Of a stretch of 64,000 bases of DNA, positions 9,641-18,683 are shown piece after piece (position 1 is the first letter of the stretch; each line of letters opens with the position of its first letter). Source of the DNA: Nanobdellota archaeon (GTDB taxonomy: Archaea; Aenigmatarchaeota; Aenigmatarchaeia; QMZP01); assembly GCA_018816245.1 (NCBI GenBank), contig JAHIVW010000003.1, positions 321,453 through 385,452 of the forward strand, given 5' to 3'. The translations under genes were made by a program, and so were the position numbers. Under the pieces are notes generated by a model. It did no database searches. It saw nothing but the letters and a program-made list of their open reading frames with translations, and was not told the DNA's origin.

Positions 9641-10162
9641 ATGGTCTTTGCGCGTGCCAAGCTGTTAATGGAGGATCAATGCTTTGATGAAGATCCGGGA
9701 ACCGTGGAAATCAAGTTGATTGGCCCTGACCTGCAGACTATGTATCAGAAGTGCTACGACTTACTGAAATCCGTTTTCAATGTTCCTGACGCTGATATTC
9801 AGGAAACTAATTATAGTTGGGGAAAGAGTGAGAAGGGGGACAAGTTCAAAGTTCGGTGGTGGCTCCACAAGGATCTTGATTTGTTTTCCTATTTCTACAT
9901 CAGATTCGAACTCGCGGGAGAAGGGAACGAGAAACAGGGGAACCTGATGGTCCGGATCCGTGGGCTTCTTCGAACAGAGTACCCACAAGACACACTCTGG
10001 CAACGATCGCTCTTCTACGAGATGCTCCGGGTGTTCTGGCACCGGATTTTCTATCACCGGCGACGAGAAATTTATGCAGAGGAATGTCGTCATGGCATTG
10101 TTCTCTACCAGAAGAAAGTCAAGGCGCTCTTTACAAAACTCACCGAAAAGAAGGAGGTGTAA
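9641..10162 (+). CDS. Hypothetical protein, paralog A of a tandem pair
   Basis: Shares LL.(E/V)D(Q/E)C, GPD, RWW and a C-terminal R....Y.E.CR..I......K..F pattern with the next ORF. Confidence 0.6.
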   Translation: MVFARAKLLMEDQCFDEDPGTVEIKLIGPDLQTMYQKCYDLLKSVFNVPDADIQETNYSWGKSEKGDKFKVRWWLHKDLDLFSYFYIRFELAGEGNEKQGNLMVRIRGLLRTEYPQDTLWQRSLFYEMLRVFWHRIFYHRRREIYAEECRHGIVLYQKKVKALFTKLTEKKEV

Positions 10163-10164
10163 TC

Positions 10165-10677
10165 ATGGGTCAGCTCCTCCTTGTTGACGAATGTCTCACA
10201 CCAAACAGGCAGATTGCAATGACGTATTCTGGTCCAGATCCGTGGGGGATTGCAAAAAAGATTGCTGATAACCTCAAACCATATTTCCATGTCAGCTCGT
10301 CCAAGAACGGAAGACAGCGGATCAACTGGGACGATGCCATGGATCCCATTACCTTCTATGCACGCTGGTGGGTCATGCGACCGAAATCTCGGTTCACAGC
10401 ATTCTGGATCGAAATGTGGGTTATTGGAAACAAAAGCAAGGTCAACAACACCGGTGAATTTACGCTCTACATGGAAGGGAAAACCAAAACAGAGGTCTCG
10501 GGATGGGGGATTTTGTTGCGACCCTTTTGGTTGATGTATTCCTACTTCTACTACGATCGTGTCCGTCGGCAGTACATCGAAAGCTGCAGAAACCAGATTC
10601 TGAACTTCCGAAATGAAATTAAAGAACACTTTGGTTTGGCAAAGACAGAAGTGCCGGTCCATGGTGTCTACGCATAA
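10165..10677 (+). CDS. Hypothetical protein, paralog B of a tandem pair
   Basis: The ATG at 10165 is preceded by AAGGAGGTG. Paralogous to 9641-10162 (see finding). Confidence 0.6.
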   Translation: MGQLLLVDECLTPNRQIAMTYSGPDPWGIAKKIADNLKPYFHVSSSKNGRQRINWDDAMDPITFYARWWVMRPKSRFTAFWIEMWVIGNKSKVNNTGEFTLYMEGKTKTEVSGWGILLRPFWLMYSYFYYDRVRRQYIESCRNQILNFRNEIKEHFGLAKTEVPVHGVYA

Positions 10678-10679
10678 CT

Positions 10680-10991
10680 ATGGGCTATCCACCACTCACC
10701 CAGGGGAGCACGATCCTCCGTGGTTTCCTTGGCGGCGGGCTTATTGTTGCTGGACTTATGAACCCTTGGGGACTCGCTCTCCAAGCTGTTCTCTTCGTCC
10801 TCGGTGTTTTCATCTTGTTTGAGAGTTGCATGCGGCAAAACGGCGGCGTCTATATTCTCACTGCAGTTTTAACGGCGATCGTCAGCGGCATCATCATGGC
10901 GTTCCTTAGCTTGCTCGGCTGGAGTTGGATCTTGGCCGCGCTCTTTGTTATCGGTGCCGTGCTCCTTCTGGTGAAACGGTTCACCCACTAG
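10680..10991 (+). CDS. Small membrane protein (3 TM)
   Basis: 103 aa and hydrophobic. It starts 2 nt after the preceding stop. Confidence 0.5.
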   Translation: MGYPPLTQGSTILRGFLGGGLIVAGLMNPWGLALQAVLFVLGVFILFESCMRQNGGVYILTAVLTAIVSGIIMAFLSLLGWSWILAALFVIGAVLLLVKRFTH

Positions 10992-11024
10992 TCTTTTAAA
11001 TTCTGCAATGAACAGGATGCAACC

Positions 11025-11098
11025 GGGACCGTGGTGCAGTTTGGTTAACATTCGAGGCTGGGGGCCTCGCGACCTGGGTTCAAATCCCAGCGGTCCCA
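11025..11098 (+). tRNA. tRNA-Pro (anticodon GGG)
   Basis: Hand-folded cloverleaf. The acceptor stem is GGGACCG/CGGTCCC. The anticodon stem is CGAGG/CCTCG with loop CTGGGGG. The T arm is CTGGG-TTCAAAT-CCCAG and the discriminator is A. No CCA is encoded. Confidence 0.9.
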
Positions 11099-11099
11099 T

Positions 11100-11540
11100 T
11101 CACCGAACGAGCATCGGGCCTTCTTTGAGCGTATTGAGAATGAGTTTGGTGTGGGTTTGCTCAACAAAATCAAAGGTCTGCAACTCTTTAATAAAGACAT
11201 CAAGCGAGCGTTTGTTTCTGAAGCGTGCCAAGACCGTACAGTCAGAGATGCCAGTGTGATCGTATACGGCAAGGACATTCACATTCGTAGCAACCCGCTT
11301 CTCAACTTCTAATAACTTTCCCTTTGCAATCCGCAGTTCGATTAGAACGTGAAGTTCATACCCAAGTTTGTCGTAGTTGATTGTTGTGGTATAGCCGTTC
11401 ACAATGCCATCGTGTTCAAGCTTGTTTACTCGGTTCATCACCGTTGCCACAGAAACACCGATCCGCTTCGCAATCTGTCGATAGGAAAGCCTCCCGTTTT
11501 TGATCAGCACATTGAGAATTTTCCTGTCTGTTGCGTCCAT
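11100..11540 (-). CDS. lrp: Lrp/AsnC family transcriptional regulator
   Basis: MDATDRKILNVLIKNGRLSYRQIAKRIGVSVATVMNRVNKLEHDGIV is the HTH, and an RAM-domain-like C-terminus follows. Confidence 0.9.
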   Translation of the reverse strand: MDATDRKILNVLIKNGRLSYRQIAKRIGVSVATVMNRVNKLEHDGIVNGYTTTINYDKLGYELHVLIELRIAKGKLLEVEKRVATNVNVLAVYDHTGISDCTVLARFRNKRSLDVFIKELQTFDFVEQTHTKLILNTLKEGPMLVR

Positions 11541-11688
11541 GACCTCTTCACCGTTTGTTTACTATTTCACTAATTTACCTCGCTAGATTAAACATTTTTC
11601 TATCTTTTTTCTTTTATTTTTGACATTTGTTTGTTTTTTCCCCTTCAGTATTAAATACTTTAAAATCACCTTTTCTGAAGGGGATTGT

Positions 11689-13101
11689 GTGTCGAAACCG
11701 TCGCCATCGTTGCTTTCACAGGTAACCCAAAGCGGGGCACAGATTGTTGATTTTCACTTTGTGGATATCCTCGGGCAACTGCACCACAAAAGTATCCCGG
11801 CATCGAATCTCGAAGCGGTTTTGCAGTATGGGGAAGGGATTGACGGATCGAGCATCGCTGGATTCCAAGCAATCCACGAATCTGATATGCTCCTCTTCCC
11901 GGACAAGCATGCTGCTCATTTTCTTGACCCCTTTACCGCGATACCGACATATGTTGTGTTGTGCAGTGTGAAAACACCAGATGGTGACGACTATGAAAAA
12001 GATTCACGAACCATTGCACAACGCGCTGAACGGTATCTTGTGAAGACAGGAATCGCAGAGAAGAGTTTCTGGGGACCAGAGGCAGAGTTCTTCATTTTGA
12101 ATCATCTCTCGTTTGATCAGGGAGCTCATTTTGCTCACTATCTTGTTGACTCAGAAGAAGGGATCTGGAACTCTGGGAAGAACGGTCAACCAAACCTTGG
12201 CCATCGCCCGGGATTCAAGAAAGGGTATTTCCCGTCGCCTCCTATCGATAGCCTTCATGATATTCGGTCAGATATGATGCTGACGTTGAATCGTGTTGGA
12301 GTTCAAACAGAAGCGCATCACCACGAAGTTGCGAGCGGAGGGCAGTCAGAAATTTCAATACAATACGACAGCCTCCTCCGGATGGCGGATAAAACCGTTC
12401 TCTACAAATATATCGTTAAGAATGTTGCCCGTCGGCATGGACGGACAGCAACATTCATGCCCAAGATTCTGTTCGGTGATAATGGGAGCGGCATGCATAC
12501 CCACATCAGCTTGTGGCAGGGAGGAACGCCTCTTTTTTATGAACAAGGTCGGTACGCAGACCTCTCCGAAGCGGCAGAATACTTCATTGGTGGTATCCTG
12601 CGCCATACACCCGCGTTGCTTGCGTTCGTTGCCCCAACGACAAACTCTTATAAACGCCTCGTGCCCGGGTTTGAGGCACCGATCAATCTCGTCTATTCAC
12701 AACGAAACCGGTCTGCGGCAATCAGAATTCCAATGTGTTCCACTCCTGCAGCGAAGCGGATCGAATTCCGTGTTCCAGACCCAAGCTGCAACCCCTATCT
12801 TGCCTTTTCCGCGATCTTATTGGCAGGCATCGACGGAATACAAAATAAGATAAAACCACCGGCACCTATTGACAAGAATACCTACGAGCTTCCGGCCACA
12901 GACCGCCTGCACCTCGCAACACTCCCGAGGAGCCTCGAGCGGGCACTCGAGTTGGTAGATCAGGACAGCACGTTTCTTCGAAAGGGTGGTGTCTTTTCCA
13001 AGGATTTCATTCAGAGTTACCTTGCATTAAAGTGGCTGGAGGTTCATGAGGTTGGGTGCCGGCCACATCCCCAAGAGTTCGCTCTCTATTCTCATATATA
13101 G
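11689..13101 (+). CDS. glnA: Glutamine synthetase type I
   Basis: GSGMHTHISLW, NSYKRLVPGFEAP and RIPMCSTPAAKRIEFRVPD motifs. A GTG start at 11689 after GAAGGGGA is preferred over the upstream ATG, which adds a hydrophobic non-homologous leader. Confidence 0.93.
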   Translation: MSKPSPSLLSQVTQSGAQIVDFHFVDILGQLHHKSIPASNLEAVLQYGEGIDGSSIAGFQAIHESDMLLFPDKHAAHFLDPFTAIPTYVVLCSVKTPDGDDYEKDSRTIAQRAERYLVKTGIAEKSFWGPEAEFFILNHLSFDQGAHFAHYLVDSEEGIWNSGKNGQPNLGHRPGFKKGYFPSPPIDSLHDIRSDMMLTLNRVGVQTEAHHHEVASGGQSEISIQYDSLLRMADKTVLYKYIVKNVARRHGRTATFMPKILFGDNGSGMHTHISLWQGGTPLFYEQGRYADLSEAAEYFIGGILRHTPALLAFVAPTTNSYKRLVPGFEAPINLVYSQRNRSAAIRIPMCSTPAAKRIEFRVPDPSCNPYLAFSAILLAGIDGIQNKIKPPAPIDKNTYELPATDRLHLATLPRSLERALELVDQDSTFLRKGGVFSKDFIQSYLALKWLEVHEVGCRPHPQEFALYSHI

Positions 13102-13123
13102 GTTGACGGATCAATCATACTCG

Positions 13124-14911
13124 ATGCGACACGAACGAATTGCAATTATTGATAGGGAGATGTGTAAACCGAAGGTGTGCGATTGGTACCTCTGTCAGCG
13201 TGTCTGTCCTGTTGAACGTTCAGGAACCGAATGCATCACGGTTTCAGAAACCGATAAAAAACCGTTCATTAATGAGGAGACCTGCATCAGTTGCATGATT
13301 TGTGTCAAAAAATGTCCTACCAAAGCTATTAATATCGTCAATCTTCCCCATGAACTTGATGAACCTCCTGTCCATCGCTATGGAAAGAACGAGTTTGCCC
13401 TCTATCGGTTGCCAATTCCTGAAAAGAATGCCGTTGTTGGGCTTATTGGTCCAAATGGTGTGGGCAAGTCAACGGTAATGAATATCCTTGCTGGTGCACT
13501 CCAACCAAACAGCGGCGTCCTTGAACGAAAAACAGCAGAGTGGAAAGAATTGATTACCCAGTTCAAAGGAAGTGAACTCCAAGCATACTTGGAACGTGTT
13601 GCTGCTAAACAAATTCGTTCTGCGTATAAACCGCAAGCCGTTGATCAAATTCCTCTTATCTGGAAAGGGACTGTTCAAGAGATGCTGGCAACGCTTTCAG
13701 AGAAAAAACGAGTTGTCGATGCTGTCAAGAAGCTTGGGATTGGTCATTTACTGGGAAAAGAAGTAAAGGGACTTTCTGGTGGAGAGCTGCAGCTCCTCGC
13801 CATCGCCGCAACCATCGCCCGGGATGCTGATTTCTACTTTTTTGATGAACCATCCAGCTATCTCGATGTATATGAACGGTTGCGTGCAGCCGGAGCTATC
13901 CGCGAATTAGCAAAACATTCCATTGTGCTTGTTGTTGAGCATGATCTTGCTGTTGCCGATTATCTTGCGGACACGGTTCATGTATTATACGGAGAACCGG
14001 CTGTCTATGGTATTGTGTCCCATCCGCAGGCTGTTCGGAATGGGATCAACTCCTATCTTGATGGCTATTTACCAAGCGAGAATGTTAGGATCCGCCCTGA
14101 AGCTATCCGATTTGACTTGCGTGCAAAAGAAACACAAAAGAGCAAAGTGTTCATGACTTTCCCGGAGTTGGCCAAGACCTTTCCTGGATTTCAACTGCGA
14201 ACCTCCGCAGGAAGTGTGTATAAAGGTGAAGTCATTGGTATCATTGGACCGAACGGTATTGGAAAAACAACCTTCATCAAACTCCTTGCCGGTGAACTGG
14301 CTTCTGATACCGGAACACCTCTTCCAACGATGCGGCTCTCATATAAACCGCAGCGATTGATTCTCACCAACGAAGAAGAAGCGTTCACGGTTCATGAATT
14401 TTTGAGTGAGACGACTGACAGTCTCTCCACCACTGAAGCAAAGCGACTGCTTCGGCTTCTTGGTATCGAGAAACGGTTTGAGAAAATCATGAGCAACTTG
14501 TCCGGCGGAGAGTTACAAGCCGTGTTTATTGCCCGGGCGCTCCTGGCTCCCCATGACATGCTGCTTCTCGATGAGCCTTCGGCATTTCTTGATGTTGAAC
14601 AGCGGCTCGTTGTTGCAAAAATCCTCCGATCCTATACCGAGGACAGACAGATCCCTGCCTTCCTTGTGGATCACGATCTCCAATTTATTGATGTGATTTC
14701 CGACCGGCTTATGGTTTTTGAAGGAGAACGAGGGAAGATGGGCACAGGGAACGCTCCAACTGACCTGACACAAGGAATGAATACCTTCCTCAAGCAACTG
14801 GGGGTAACCTTCAGACGCGATCCGAGCACCGGGCGGCCCCGGGCAAACAAACCAGGATCACAGAAGGACCAGGAACAGAAACAACACGAAGCCTACTTTT
14901 ACGCTTCATGA
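13124..14911 (+). CDS. abcE1: ABCE1 / RNase L inhibitor ribosome-recycling ATPase
   Basis: The N-terminus has two 4Fe-4S motifs (CKPKVCDWYLCQRVCP and CISCMICVKKCP). Two ABC cassettes follow (GPNGVGKST and GPNGIGKTT, each with LSGGELQ). Confidence 0.95.
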   Translation: MRHERIAIIDREMCKPKVCDWYLCQRVCPVERSGTECITVSETDKKPFINEETCISCMICVKKCPTKAINIVNLPHELDEPPVHRYGKNEFALYRLPIPEKNAVVGLIGPNGVGKSTVMNILAGALQPNSGVLERKTAEWKELITQFKGSELQAYLERVAAKQIRSAYKPQAVDQIPLIWKGTVQEMLATLSEKKRVVDAVKKLGIGHLLGKEVKGLSGGELQLLAIAATIARDADFYFFDEPSSYLDVYERLRAAGAIRELAKHSIVLVVEHDLAVADYLADTVHVLYGEPAVYGIVSHPQAVRNGINSYLDGYLPSENVRIRPEAIRFDLRAKETQKSKVFMTFPELAKTFPGFQLRTSAGSVYKGEVIGIIGPNGIGKTTFIKLLAGELASDTGTPLPTMRLSYKPQRLILTNEEEAFTVHEFLSETTDSLSTTEAKRLLRLLGIEKRFEKIMSNLSGGELQAVFIARALLAPHDMLLLDEPSAFLDVEQRLVVAKILRSYTEDRQIPAFLVDHDLQFIDVISDRLMVFEGERGKMGTGNAPTDLTQGMNTFLKQLGVTFRRDPSTGRPRANKPGSQKDQEQKQHEAYFYAS

Positions 14912-14943
14912 ACCTTTTTAATATTGACCCCCCTATCTCGATT

Positions 14944-15522
14944 ATGAAAGCACTTCTCCTCACGCTCATTGTTACCGGTCTGGTTCTGGTTTCAGGAGCA
15001 CAGGCCTGTACGTGCGTCCCGCCGGGAACCCCCTCCGAGGAACTCGTCCATACAGATATGATCTTCGCGGGAACTGTCATCGAACTTGAAAAAATGGTTC
15101 TTGACGGTAATCTCAAGGCAACCTTCCTCGTCCACACCGTCTGGAAGGGTGTTGAAGATCGCCTGATAACGATTGCAACGAGCGGTTCTGAGGAGGCCTG
15201 TGGCTTCCCCTTTGAGCAAGGAAAGGCGTATCTTGTCTACGCTGATGGGGTCACTGACTTTAGCACGAGCAGTTGTTCCCGAACTGCGTTGTTGGGTACT
15301 GCCCAACTCGATCTCGAAGAGCTCGGTCAGGGGACGCAATTCGACGCACCAGAAGAGACGTCGCCATTTGGAATCAACGCTGACTCCTTGGTCCCCCTGC
15401 TTCTCGGTGTTGTTATTATTGTTGTGATTCTTGCAATCATCGCCGGAGTTGTTATCAAAAAACGGGGGATCATACTCCCTAATATTTCACCACATTTGAA
15501 GCACCAAACAATGAATTTATAA
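14944..15522 (+). CDS. TIMP/NTR-like domain protein with signal peptide and C-terminal membrane anchor
   Basis: Signal peptide MKALLLTLIVTGLVLVSGAQA is followed directly by CTCVPPGTP. Further Cys residues in EEACGFPF and SSCSRT have TIMP-like spacing. There is a C-terminal TM helix. Confidence 0.6.
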   Translation: MKALLLTLIVTGLVLVSGAQACTCVPPGTPSEELVHTDMIFAGTVIELEKMVLDGNLKATFLVHTVWKGVEDRLITIATSGSEEACGFPFEQGKAYLVYADGVTDFSTSSCSRTALLGTAQLDLEELGQGTQFDAPEETSPFGINADSLVPLLLGVVIIVVILAIIAGVVIKKRGIILPNISPHLKHQTMNL

Positions 15523-15551
15523 ACTCAGCTCCCTATACGTCTCATTGTCTT

Positions 15552-16691
15552 ATGAAACACCTTCTTTTGGTCGCCTGTATTGTATTCTTGCTCCTTCCAA
15601 CAATCGGAGCAGCGCAGATTCCGAGTATTACGATTGAGGACGTCAGCCCACAACCTGTGGAACCAGGAAAGAATGTAACTATCGTTACCAAATTTGTGAG
15701 TAAGGAACAAGCAATAATGGATTTCACACTTGATCTTGTGATGCCTGACTCGTTTACGCTCATTTCAAAAGATGGTGTTCTTGGAGAAACAAGCATCTGC
15801 GGATTCTGCACACAACAGAAAACGTATATCGTCGCCATTGGCTCGTCAACGATCTCAGGCACCTACATTTTGCAACTCAAAGGATCGTCAGGAACCTTTA
15901 GTGTAACTGCTCCGATTACGGTTCAGGTCACGGGAAACCCAAATCTCCTTGTGGCAACTGACCAGGACAATCTTGGGAAACTTGTTGCAGGCTCGCCGTT
16001 CAGCCTTGATGTTGTCATTACCAATATTGGGACTGCGGTTGCGAGTGAGGTAACCGTTGCTCCTTCATCAACGAACTTTATCCCTCTTGGCGGGGCTACG
16101 AAGAGTGTTGGGATCATTGCACCTGGGAAGAGTAAAACAGTGACATTTAATCTGCTTGTTGGTGAGAGTGTGAGTCCGAACGCCTATTCGTTGCCGATGA
16201 ACATCTCTTATGTTGATGATGAAGGGAACGCGGTGAGTGTTCTTTCTTCCATTGGAGTGCTCGTGATTAATGCCGGGCAGCTCTCTCTTCAGAGCATGAA
16301 GATTGCAACGCAACTCGGAAGCCCGTCTATCTCGGCGGCTGATTCCTTTACGATGATCGCCCGAATCGAGAATGTTGGCCACGGAACAGCAGACTTCATC
16401 ACCACGGAAATTCACTGCTCCTTTGATGGCGGCAGCAAGAAATCATATCTCGGATCACTTGATGAAGGAGAAGATGCTCCTGCTGTTTTTGATTTCCTTC
16501 CAGCGCAAGCAGGCGATCACTCCTGTGATCTGACGGTTTCCTATGCCGATGACCTCGGAGAACATTCGTTTACAGAAAGCATCATGTTTACCATTAGCCC
16601 GGTTGATTATACAGGAGTATTCGTCCTTATCGTTATCATCCTTGTTATTGCTTACTACCTCTACCAACGACGTCAGAAAGGGAAGAAGTAA
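15552..16691 (+). CDS. Secreted CARDB/S-layer-like (COG1361-type) beta-sandwich repeat protein with C-terminal TM anchor
   Basis: Signal peptide present. Repeated segments of the type FSLDVVITNIGTAVASEVTV and FTMIARIENVGHGTADFITTEI. The C-terminal hydrophobic helix is followed by a basic tail. Confidence 0.55.
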   Translation: MKHLLLVACIVFLLLPTIGAAQIPSITIEDVSPQPVEPGKNVTIVTKFVSKEQAIMDFTLDLVMPDSFTLISKDGVLGETSICGFCTQQKTYIVAIGSSTISGTYILQLKGSSGTFSVTAPITVQVTGNPNLLVATDQDNLGKLVAGSPFSLDVVITNIGTAVASEVTVAPSSTNFIPLGGATKSVGIIAPGKSKTVTFNLLVGESVSPNAYSLPMNISYVDDEGNAVSVLSSIGVLVINAGQLSLQSMKIATQLGSPSISAADSFTMIARIENVGHGTADFITTEIHCSFDGGSKKSYLGSLDEGEDAPAVFDFLPAQAGDHSCDLTVSYADDLGEHSFTESIMFTISPVDYTGVFVLIVIILVIAYYLYQRRQKGKK

Positions 16692-16706
16692 CGGGGAGGT
16701 TACTGT

Positions 16707-17984
16707 ATGAGCGGATCACGTGCAGTGTTCTTTCTTGCAGTTCGCGATCTCAAGCGAGATCGGAAAATCTTTGGATTAGTGATCTTTCTCCTCATTTTCT
16801 CATATATTAATCTGACATTCTTTCCCGCATTCTTGAATGGGCTTTCAAACACGTTCCAAGATGAAATTGTTGATACCGGAACAAGTCACATTCTGCTCCA
16901 GCCTGCGTCAGGGAGGGAGTACCTTGACTCGGTGAAGAATATTCAGCAGAAGATTGAACTGATTCCTGGTGTCGTTGCAACGAGCACACACATCGGAGGG
17001 TCGGCTTCTCTTGCTGTCGATGGAGCGACCGCTGGCAAGAAACCAGGCCCTGCAACACCAGTAACAAGCGGGCTATCGCTTGGGGCACAGGTTATGGGTC
17101 TGACTCCATCAGAGGATCAATATGTCACTCCTATTTCCCAGCGAATCGTTTCCGGAGACTGGCTCTCAGATGACGATACGGACAAAGTTGTTCTTGGTCT
17201 CTATATTGCAGGTGAACGGCTCGAGGACAAGATCGGGGAAACAACATTATTCGGTACACTTATGGAAGGGCTTGGTGGAGTCCAGCCAGGTGATGTCGTA
17301 CAAGCGACCTTTACCAATGGAGTTGTCAAGAACTACAAGGTGAAAGGAATTGTTCATAGTGAAGGATTTAGTTTTGTATCACAGACCGCTTACTTCACCA
17401 CCAAGGAACTTGAAGATGTGTACGGATTACACGATCAGGCGAGTTCGATTCTTGTCCGGCTCAATGATCCCGAGAATGCGGACAAAGTGAAGACATTTAT
17501 TATCGGCTTGGGAATCAAGCAAGCAGACATCCTCACTTGGAAGGAAGCAAGTAACTTTGCCGAAGGACTGAGTCAGACCTTCGGGATCGTGAATGTTGTG
17601 ACAAATATTGTGGGGATTGTGATTGTTCTTGCCACAGTCAGCATTGTCATTTTCATCAACACAGCGCGGAAGAAGCGGATTATCGGTGTATTGAAGGCAA
17701 TCGGACTTCGAGAATCGCTCGTTCTTCGCGTGTTCCTTGTTGAGTCGCTTATCTTTGGGGTTATCGGTTCACTTGGCGGGATGGCCATTATGGGGATCCT
17801 GCTTTCGTTTTTCAAGGCAAGTCCGATTGTTCTTCCAATTGGGCTCCTCACACCAGTAGTCGGACCTGATATCTTCTTTGGATCAGCATTCATCATTATC
17901 TTTATCTCGCTCTTCGGTGGGTACTTCCCGTCTCGGCTCGCATCCCGGGCGGACATCATCGACAGTTTAAAGGTGGTCGAATGA
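16707..17984 (+). CDS. MacB/FtsX-type ABC transporter permease
   Basis: An N-terminal TM helix, a ~250-aa extracytoplasmic domain and three C-terminal TM helices. There is a 4-nt overlap with the ATPase gene. Confidence 0.85.
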   Translation: MSGSRAVFFLAVRDLKRDRKIFGLVIFLLIFSYINLTFFPAFLNGLSNTFQDEIVDTGTSHILLQPASGREYLDSVKNIQQKIELIPGVVATSTHIGGSASLAVDGATAGKKPGPATPVTSGLSLGAQVMGLTPSEDQYVTPISQRIVSGDWLSDDDTDKVVLGLYIAGERLEDKIGETTLFGTLMEGLGGVQPGDVVQATFTNGVVKNYKVKGIVHSEGFSFVSQTAYFTTKELEDVYGLHDQASSILVRLNDPENADKVKTFIIGLGIKQADILTWKEASNFAEGLSQTFGIVNVVTNIVGIVIVLATVSIVIFINTARKKRIIGVLKAIGLRESLVLRVFLVESLIFGVIGSLGGMAIMGILLSFFKASPIVLPIGLLTPVVGPDIFFGSAFIIIFISLFGGYFPSRLASRADIIDSLKVVE

Positions 17985-18658
17985 TCGATCTCAAAGATGT
18001 GTGGCGGATTTATGACATGGGTGAGGTCAAGGTTCCAGCACTCCAGGGAATTGATTTCACTGTAAAGAAGGGAGAGTTTGTTTCTGTCATGGGACGGTCA
18101 GGTTCAGGGAAGAGTACCCTCCTCCACATCGCCGGAGTGTTGGATCGCCAGACAAAAGGAAGTGTCAGGATTGAGGGGACAAATGTCTTGACACTTACTG
18201 AACGGCAGCGAACTCTTTTCAGACTCGATAAAATTGGGTTTGTCTTCCAGTTCTATTCCCTGCTCCCTGAACTTACGGCAGTCGAAAATGTCATGCTCCC
18301 GCAACTCATCATTGGGGAGACCCGTGAACACGCCCACAAGCAAGCAAAGAAGGTGATGGATCTTCTGGAAATTGGCAAGCGATTGAACAACTACCCACAT
18401 CAACTCTCGGGTGGGGAACAGCAACGAGTCGGTATTGCCCGGGCGCTTGTCAACGATCCTCTTATTCTCTTCGCAGACGAACCAACTGCTTCCTTGGATA
18501 CAACCTCCGCAAAGATTGTGATAGAAGCCTTCCGAAAGCTTCATGAAGAACGAGGACAAACCACGATAATGATCACCCACGAGGAAGCGCTTGGTCGCGA
18601 GGCAGAGCGGGGCGTCTGGTTGAAGGACGGAAAGATTGAGAAGGAAAAGCGGTTCTAA
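17981..18658 (+). CDS. ABC transporter ATP-binding protein (MacB/LolD-like)
   Basis: Walker A GRSGSGKST, signature LSGGEQQRV and Walker B ILFADEPT. Confidence 0.92.
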   Translation: MIDLKDVWRIYDMGEVKVPALQGIDFTVKKGEFVSVMGRSGSGKSTLLHIAGVLDRQTKGSVRIEGTNVLTLTERQRTLFRLDKIGFVFQFYSLLPELTAVENVMLPQLIIGETREHAHKQAKKVMDLLEIGKRLNNYPHQLSGGEQQRVGIARALVNDPLILFADEPTASLDTTSAKIVIEAFRKLHEERGQTTIMITHEEALGREAERGVWLKDGKIEKEKRF

Positions 18659-18683
18659 ATCAACCATACATGTATAAAGCTGG

